Assembly (NCBI GenBank): GCA_000165345.1
Contig: CM000431.1
Coordinates: 736,001 to 800,000 of the forward strand
DNA length: 64,000 bases
Direction: 5' to 3'
Below, piece by piece: positions 58,660 through 64,000 of the stretch. The notes below the pieces were generated by a model. The model did no database searches and had not been told where the DNA came from. It saw only the letters and a program-made list of their open reading frames with translations. Position 1 is the first letter of the stretch. Every line of letters begins with the position of its first letter. The position numbers and the translations under genes were made by a program.

Positions 58660-60687
58660 ATGCATGAAGAACTAAGAATTAGAAACGGCTCTTTAAATGA
58701 ACAAAGGGTAGCGAATATAAATAAAAAAGGGAATTCTGTGTTTTTCACACAGGAGTGCAGTTGTAATAATAGCGAAAATTGTTTTGCTCTGGCTTCTCCT
58801 CATGCGTCTTTTACTTCTATGGCATCATTTGCCCTGTCATCCTCTACTTCAAATTCAATTCAACCTATTGGAAATACTTCTCCTCACAAATGCGAGCAGA
58901 GATGTAATGCTGGAAATGAACATTTGAAAAAACATTGTTGCATTCCATCAACTTCTTTATCATCAACTTCAGTTTCTCTTGGTGAAACTTCTAAGTTAGC
59001 AATTAGTTCCGGAACGAGTAATGGCAAATATAGCATAATAAATAAGCAGATAAACTGCAATATCAGTACAATAATTAATAATAATTTGACAGGTAAACCC
59101 GAAAAAAATGCGCAGAATACGACTCTAAAAGTGGAAAATGGGAGGTATACAAGTAATACTGTTTCAAATTCAAATAAGTCCCATACTAATGGTGTTTGTT
59201 ATTCAAATATTAATGCATTTTCACAAGAAGAAAACGATAAACTCGTAATGCAACAAAGCAGAGATATAGACATAAGTAATGTAAATACCCTGAACCATCC
59301 TAAAGTTACAACTTATGAATGCGAAAATACTTATTCCAGATGTTCTTCAGGTATGTTAAATGGAAATGAGAAAGATATCGTTAATTCATCAAATACAAAC
59401 CCAAATCCTACAACAAATTCATTCTCTGCAATCTCAAAAATCTCAAAGCCTTCAATTTTAGGAAGCAAAGGCCAAATGGTCTCAAAAAATTACTCATTAG
59501 TATACAAACGTTTATATGATTGTCTCGGCCCAGTGATGTTTCCCATAGCTCCATTAAAGGGAATTAAACATCCAAGAGGTGAATTAAAGCTATGGCCAAC
59601 TAGTTACGATAGAGTAATTTCACAGAATTCATCAAAGAGGAAAGTTCACAGATCTTTATGGATTCCTCCAAAAAGCTATGAACACGCATATGTAAATGAT
59701 TTAAATGGCACAGAGACCATTTCTGCATATCCGATGGCATTGAAGTTTGTTGAGGATGGAAATGCGCGCGATGGAAGAAGCATTAAGAGAGAAATAGAGT
59801 GCCACTTATATATATATCAGAGGCTATCACAGCTTCAACAAGATCAGGGCTACGACAACTTGGAGGATGCATGGCCATGCGCAGAGTTAATCGGATATTA
59901 TTTAGATAAGAAGAACCCTGGAAATTCTGTATTAGTAACTAGAAAGCTTTCAGGGCCAGATTTTTTTGACATCATAAGATCTGAACACTCGTCTTCTGCC
60001 AATTCAGTGTATAGCAAGTGCCAAGCTCTTTACGAATATAATAAACTTCAGTGGTGCACACTAGCATTAACAAGAATTGCGCAATATTCAGCACTTGGTA
60101 TTAGGCATAACGATATTAAACCTGACAATATAGTATTGGATTTTTATTACAATAGCACAAATAACGAAAGGCATTTAGACGTTAAAATTATTGATTTAGG
60201 CACTGCCTCCATGCATAGCGCTAAGGATTTCACAGGAGGTACCTCATGGTATGAGAGCCCTGAGCAGAAAATGCTAGAGTACTATACAAAAAAAAGTAGA
60301 GATTTGAAATCAGCAAAGACAGTTGAAATTGGACTTTCTTCTGATTCATGGGGTGCAGGAATTTCAATAGCAGAAGTTTTAATGGGCAGAAGAGTTGTGG
60401 ATAGTATGAAAAGCCCATATGGCCCAGGCCCATTGGAATTTAAAGGAAAAGATGGGTGGCTAATAGAACCTCAAGAGTGGATTGAGTTTGCCAAAATGGC
60501 ATTGGGATTTGATAATTCAAACTGTCCATACAAATATAAAATATGTGAAGAGGCTGCAAAATATGTATTCAATATGCTTGTACAAGTTAATTCAAATAAA
60601 AGAGCTAATATTAAAGATGTAATACAAAAAATGGACTACTTTACTCAAAAGGCATACCAGGCTGTTAAGCAAAAACATCAAACGTGA
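58660..60687 (+). CDS. Divergent protein-kinase-like protein (non-RD, DLG instead of DFG, no canonical glycine loop) with a low-complexity N-terminal half
   Basis: The track start at 58567 is TTG and the first in-frame ATG is 58660. The C-terminal domain carries AYPMALKF (beta3 Lys), REIECHLY (alphaC Glu), HNDIKPDNIVLD (catalytic loop), KIIDLGTAS and SWYESPEQ (APE-like). Confidence 0.65.
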   Translation: MHEELRIRNGSLNEQRVANINKKGNSVFFTQECSCNNSENCFALASPHASFTSMASFALSSSTSNSIQPIGNTSPHKCEQRCNAGNEHLKKHCCIPSTSLSSTSVSLGETSKLAISSGTSNGKYSIINKQINCNISTIINNNLTGKPEKNAQNTTLKVENGRYTSNTVSNSNKSHTNGVCYSNINAFSQEENDKLVMQQSRDIDISNVNTLNHPKVTTYECENTYSRCSSGMLNGNEKDIVNSSNTNPNPTTNSFSAISKISKPSILGSKGQMVSKNYSLVYKRLYDCLGPVMFPIAPLKGIKHPRGELKLWPTSYDRVISQNSSKRKVHRSLWIPPKSYEHAYVNDLNGTETISAYPMALKFVEDGNARDGRSIKREIECHLYIYQRLSQLQQDQGYDNLEDAWPCAELIGYYLDKKNPGNSVLVTRKLSGPDFFDIIRSEHSSSANSVYSKCQALYEYNKLQWCTLALTRIAQYSALGIRHNDIKPDNIVLDFYYNSTNNERHLDVKIIDLGTASMHSAKDFTGGTSWYESPEQKMLEYYTKKSRDLKSAKTVEIGLSSDSWGAGISIAEVLMGRRVVDSMKSPYGPGPLEFKGKDGWLIEPQEWIEFAKMALGFDNSNCPYKYKICEEAAKYVFNMLVQVNSNKRANIKDVIQKMDYFTQKAYQAVKQKHQT

Positions 60688-61009
60688 TAGATAGTCACAG
60701 TTATATATACTTACCTACAAATTATATGAGCAGATAGCAAAGATGAAATCCAAAAAAATTAATGTATTTTAGGAAAAAAAAAATTTGGACAATTTTTTTA
60801 CTTAACAAATTAAAAAGTGGCCAAATTAATACAGCTTTTAGCAATCATTTTCTGCTAAGCATATTTCCACGATTAACAGGTTTTGTTTTTAATTAGATTA
60901 ATCAGATTTTATCTTAAATGGATGTTTTTGACTTTAACATAATGAATATATATGATTGTAAAAGTAATGTTTAGACACCAAAATGTAGTTATAGGTATAT
61001 TTTAACATT

Positions 61010-62977
61010 TTATGATTCCTGTATCGTTTGTAGCATTGGCCAAATAAATGCCTCCAACTGGTTTGCATACTTCGTATAAATTGTATTTTTTGCATTGTAA
61101 AATCTGCAGTTATCAAACATTCTTTTAAGCTCGCTGCTAAACTCAGATAATGTCTTATATTCTTTATTTTTAGCTTTACGCTTCATAGTTTGGATATCAG
61201 TAGGTTCTTTAATAATCTCATAGTAGTCTGATGCTTCCCCTATGCTAACTGGTTTTCTAAACGGCCATGCATTTTCATGCCTTGATAGGGTATCAAGTAA
61301 CTGCCAAATTTGATCGTTCATAGAGAGGTCAACCTTAGATTGCTCGACAGGATCAATTATCTTTTCTACCCAACCAACCTCTAAAACACCAGGTATATCA
61401 CTGGGCTTTATTTTTTTTGTGTTTATGTTTAAATCATTCTCTGGTTTGGTATCTATAATTGGAGTAAAATCTTCAGCACAAGGGTCATTTTGGAAATTTT
61501 TAGCTGGATCACCATCATTCATTGGTTCAGATATAGTTGATTCAATATTTTTTTGATCACTAGTTAACTCAATATTTAAATCTTTCTTGACCATACTTTC
61601 GTCTCCATTTTCCCATAAATTGATACCTGGATAGACCTTTAAAGGTCTAATAGTATTAATAGCCCTTAACAATGCAGATTTTTGCTCATGGAAAAGATCG
61701 GATAATCTCAAATAATTAATCTCTGGATTAATATAACACTCCATTAAAGTACCACCGTCATAATCTTTAATATATCCAAACCATCTTTCTTTTGGCATAC
61801 TAACCTCTTTTCTGAAACCTTGTTTTCTGAAATAACCCGTGGCAAAGTTATCTGCATATGTTAAAAAGTATTCTATTTTGCTTTTCTTGACATGCTGCTT
61901 TAAATGGTTCATTAATCTTGTACCATAACCTTTAACCTGCTCAGTACTAGTTACAGCTAAAAACGCAATTTCAGCAAATCTTTGCTCGAAGTACGGGCGA
62001 AAACATACTCCACCGATTACTTTTCCTTTCTTCAGCAAACAGAAAGAATAATGGTTTCTGTCAAAAATCAGTCTAACTATATATTCTCTTGGCATTTTCG
62101 GTAATTGCCTTGCGAAAACATTTTTTAATGCAATAAGTTTAACAAGATGTTCTGGCTCTCTATCATTGGTAATACATTCAAATGAAATAATACCCAGAGC
62201 TTCTTCCTTTGCACTACCACTATCTCTATGAAGAAAGCCCAATCCAGTTTCAGACAATAGACTGGACTGTAGAGTTTCATCATCAGAAATATACCTAAGA
62301 TGGTCCCATGCTTGCCTTTTCAAATGATCAATAGATTCTTTGGAAGCGATGCCACATGCTACGCACAATTTAATAGCAAACTTCATGCAAATAGCCTTAC
62401 TTAAGTTGCTTTTTAACGCAAATTTAGTAAATATTCCCGAAGTTTCAATATCATTAAGAATTACTCCAATATTTGTAAGCAATAAGGACTTTAAAAATGA
62501 AAGTTTAAACATTTCACAGACTTTTCTACCTGCAGGGGAATCTCTCTTGAGAAACAGCTTCCAAGAATTGTAGTTATTTTCATAATTTTCATCAGGCAAA
62601 TAGTTCATAACAAAGCTCTTTACACTTGCTCTTTCATCTTTTTTAATAGTTGGAAATGGACCCCGTTCGCGAGCTTCAATACTGAGCCATTGCTGAATAT
62701 TAATAATAGAAAGTACTGCTGAAAATATCTCCTCTAAAGTTACCTTAAAAATTCGGATTAATTCATTATTTAAATCTCCTTGTTCGTTGGATAACTTCAG
62801 GAATTCAACAAAACCAAAGTTGTTACATAATTTTAATAATTTTGGATCGGAGTAATCTCTATATATTCCTTCCAAGTAGTCCTTGTTAATATTTTCTACG
62901 ACTAAGGGCGAAAATTCTTCGAAGATAATTGTGCGGATCCCCCTATCAATGCTGGCATTTGCCTCTTCAATAAACAT
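61010..62977 (-). CDS. GCN5: GCN5-type histone acetyltransferase with C-terminal bromodomain and an N-terminal extension of ~300 aa
   Basis: The HAT core reads IVRLIFDRNHYSFCLLKKGKVIGGVCFRPYFEQRFAEIAFLAVTSTEQVKGYGTRLMNHLKQHVK...FRKEVSMPKERWFGYIKDYDGGTLMECYI. The bromodomain reads WPFRKPVS...YYEIIKEPTDIQTMKRK...FSSELKRMFDNCRFYNAKNTIYTKYANQLE. The ATG is confirmed. Confidence 0.9.
   Translation of the reverse strand: MFIEEANASIDRGIRTIIFEEFSPLVVENINKDYLEGIYRDYSDPKLLKLCNNFGFVEFLKLSNEQGDLNNELIRIFKVTLEEIFSAVLSIINIQQWLSIEARERGPFPTIKKDERASVKSFVMNYLPDENYENNYNSWKLFLKRDSPAGRKVCEMFKLSFLKSLLLTNIGVILNDIETSGIFTKFALKSNLSKAICMKFAIKLCVACGIASKESIDHLKRQAWDHLRYISDDETLQSSLLSETGLGFLHRDSGSAKEEALGIISFECITNDREPEHLVKLIALKNVFARQLPKMPREYIVRLIFDRNHYSFCLLKKGKVIGGVCFRPYFEQRFAEIAFLAVTSTEQVKGYGTRLMNHLKQHVKKSKIEYFLTYADNFATGYFRKQGFRKEVSMPKERWFGYIKDYDGGTLMECYINPEINYLRLSDLFHEQKSALLRAINTIRPLKVYPGINLWENGDESMVKKDLNIELTSDQKNIESTISEPMNDGDPAKNFQNDPCAEDFTPIIDTKPENDLNINTKKIKPSDIPGVLEVGWVEKIIDPVEQSKVDLSMNDQIWQLLDTLSRHENAWPFRKPVSIGEASDYYEIIKEPTDIQTMKRKAKNKEYKTLSEFSSELKRMFDNCRFYNAKNTIYTKYANQLEAFIWPMLQTIQES
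61040..61310 (-). other. Bromodomain of the GCN5 gene
   Basis: See parent feature. The conserved YN (NCRFYNAKNT) is present. Confidence 0.75.
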
Positions 62978-63470
62978 TAAATAGCAAATTCGAACTGCCT
63001 AAAAATATCTACGATAAGATGAGTTGTTTTTTCTCTGCCAAGTTAAGAATTGATTTTTATAAACGATATAGAAAAAATATTCTGAAAATTGCGTAAAAAA
63101 AACCCGCCATTAGTTCGGTCAAAGGCAACAAACAAACACAACGAGATAATGGTGAAGATTTGACTAGAAATTAAGCGAAGTCTGCAATATCATTCCTCAT
63201 ATTATGTCTAATTTATGATCGCTCTCATTTAACTATAAGCATCTCAGAAATAATAACTGAATTCAATTATATTATAAGGTAAATTAACGTAGCTTTTAGA
63301 TATTATGTATCAATTAAATTGTCAAGTAAGATTCCCCAAATCCTCATGAGGTTTTCAATTCTCGGAGACCACCATTTTGAGAGTTAGAATAAACTCCAAC
63401 ATTAATTTATTAAATTGACATGTTTGTGTCTACTTTGATTTTTTCTAACTTTGGTGTATTTATTACTTTC

Positions 63471-64000
63471 CTAGTTGATAAGATACTCAACAGAAATAAC
63501 TTTTGATTTGTTACCAACAAGGTCGCTATCTGATATAATAGTCTTATCCCCATTCAAAGCTTCTACCTTAATAATGTCCTTGTTAATATCAATGACTTCT
63601 TGAGAACCAATTTTTTCGCGTGTTTGATTTGATGAAATAGGGGCAGATGGATGCGAGATACCCACCAGTTCATTCTCAGGTGATGAAATATTATCTTCTT
63701 GGTTAACTTGCTCAGCGTTAATTGGCTTAATACCTAATGTATGAACAATCCTTAATTCATCGTCAATACCAAGTAATTCTTGGATAATTAATGGATGCAA
63801 AGTTGAAGAACCAATTCTAAATGTATTTGGTGATGAAACATATTCATTGCCAAGAACATCTTCAACTTGCTTGATAAATTCCCTAGCAATATCCAACGAA
63901 CTAACACCTCCTTGAAGTTTTATACCTACTTTGCGCTTCTGTAAATATCGCAACCTATTTGGAAGGATTAGAGTTCCTTTAACAAAGCTCTCATCATAAT
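63471..64000 (-). CDS. C-terminal part of a protein whose N-terminus lies beyond the window end. Possibly an aldolase-type TIM barrel (DeoC-like) followed by a low-complexity tail.
   Basis: The track 'M' at 63953 is TTG. Hand translation of the minus strand stays open to position 64000 (..YDESFVKGTLILPNRLRYLQKRKVGIKLQGGVSSLDIAREFI...FRIGSS...). GIKLQGGVSSLDIA and FRIGSS resemble the DeoC motifs GVKASGGVRTLEDA and TRIGTSS. Confidence 0.3.
   Translation of the reverse strand, partial: YDESFVKGTLILPNRLRYLQKRKVGIKLQGGVSSLDIAREFIKQVEDVLGNEYVSSPNTFRIGSSTLHPLIIQELLGIDDELRIVHTLGIKPINAEQVNQEDNISSPENELVGISHPSAPISSNQTREKIGSQEVIDINKDIIKVEALNGDKTIISDSDLVGNKSKVISVEYLIN

Noticed and set aside
1-64000. CRISPR arrays, transposons, rRNA or telomeric repeats
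   Set aside because: No direct-repeat/spacer periodicity, terminal inverted repeats, transposase or integrase motifs, rDNA-like GC-rich structured blocks or telomere hexamers were seen anywhere in the window.

Overview
This 64-kb window is AT-rich (roughly 70% AT), densely packed nuclear DNA from a eukaryote. Long uninterrupted ORFs sit on both strands, separated by short spacers of 0-630 bp, with a single ORF-free interval of ~950 bp. The encoded proteins carry low-complexity N/S/K-rich insertions. AP2 DNA-binding domains and an alternative oxidase point to an apicomplexan origin. The compact, intron-poor layout is most consistent with a Cryptosporidium-like genome, but this is inference, not a database result. 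I count about 26 protein-coding genes and no rRNA, tRNA, CRISPR or transposon. Twelve products are recognisable from motifs I read directly: exportin-1 (CRM1), a GCN5 histone acetyltransferase with bromodomain, the TFIIH p44 subunit (SSL1), an RFC small subunit, a Rab5 GTPase, a TBC-domain GTPase activator for Rab proteins (Rab-GAP), a kinesin motor, a protein kinase A (PKA)-like kinase of the AGC family, a mitogen-activated protein kinase (MAPK) with a TDY activation motif, an alternative oxidase, an eIF2B-family subunit, and an SMU1-like protein with LisH/CTLH and WD40 domains. Four further products are inferred more tentatively: a divergent non-RD kinase, a major facilitator superfamily (MFS) transporter, a protein combining a SET-like region, a PHD finger and at least two AP2 domains, and a WD40 protein with a C-terminal RING of the GATOR2/SEA type. 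Four points go beyond the ORF track. A gene of more than 1680 aa on the minus strand runs off the left edge and is absent from the track. One gene (50206..51627, minus strand) has two short canonical GTAAGT...TAG introns that the ORF track misses. Several track 'M' starts are TTG or GTG codons, and I moved those to the first in-frame ATG. GC-rich promoter islands recur upstream of genes; they include GGCGCC elements resembling E2F binding sites (E2F-like), GCATGC cores and a perfect 21-bp palindrome.
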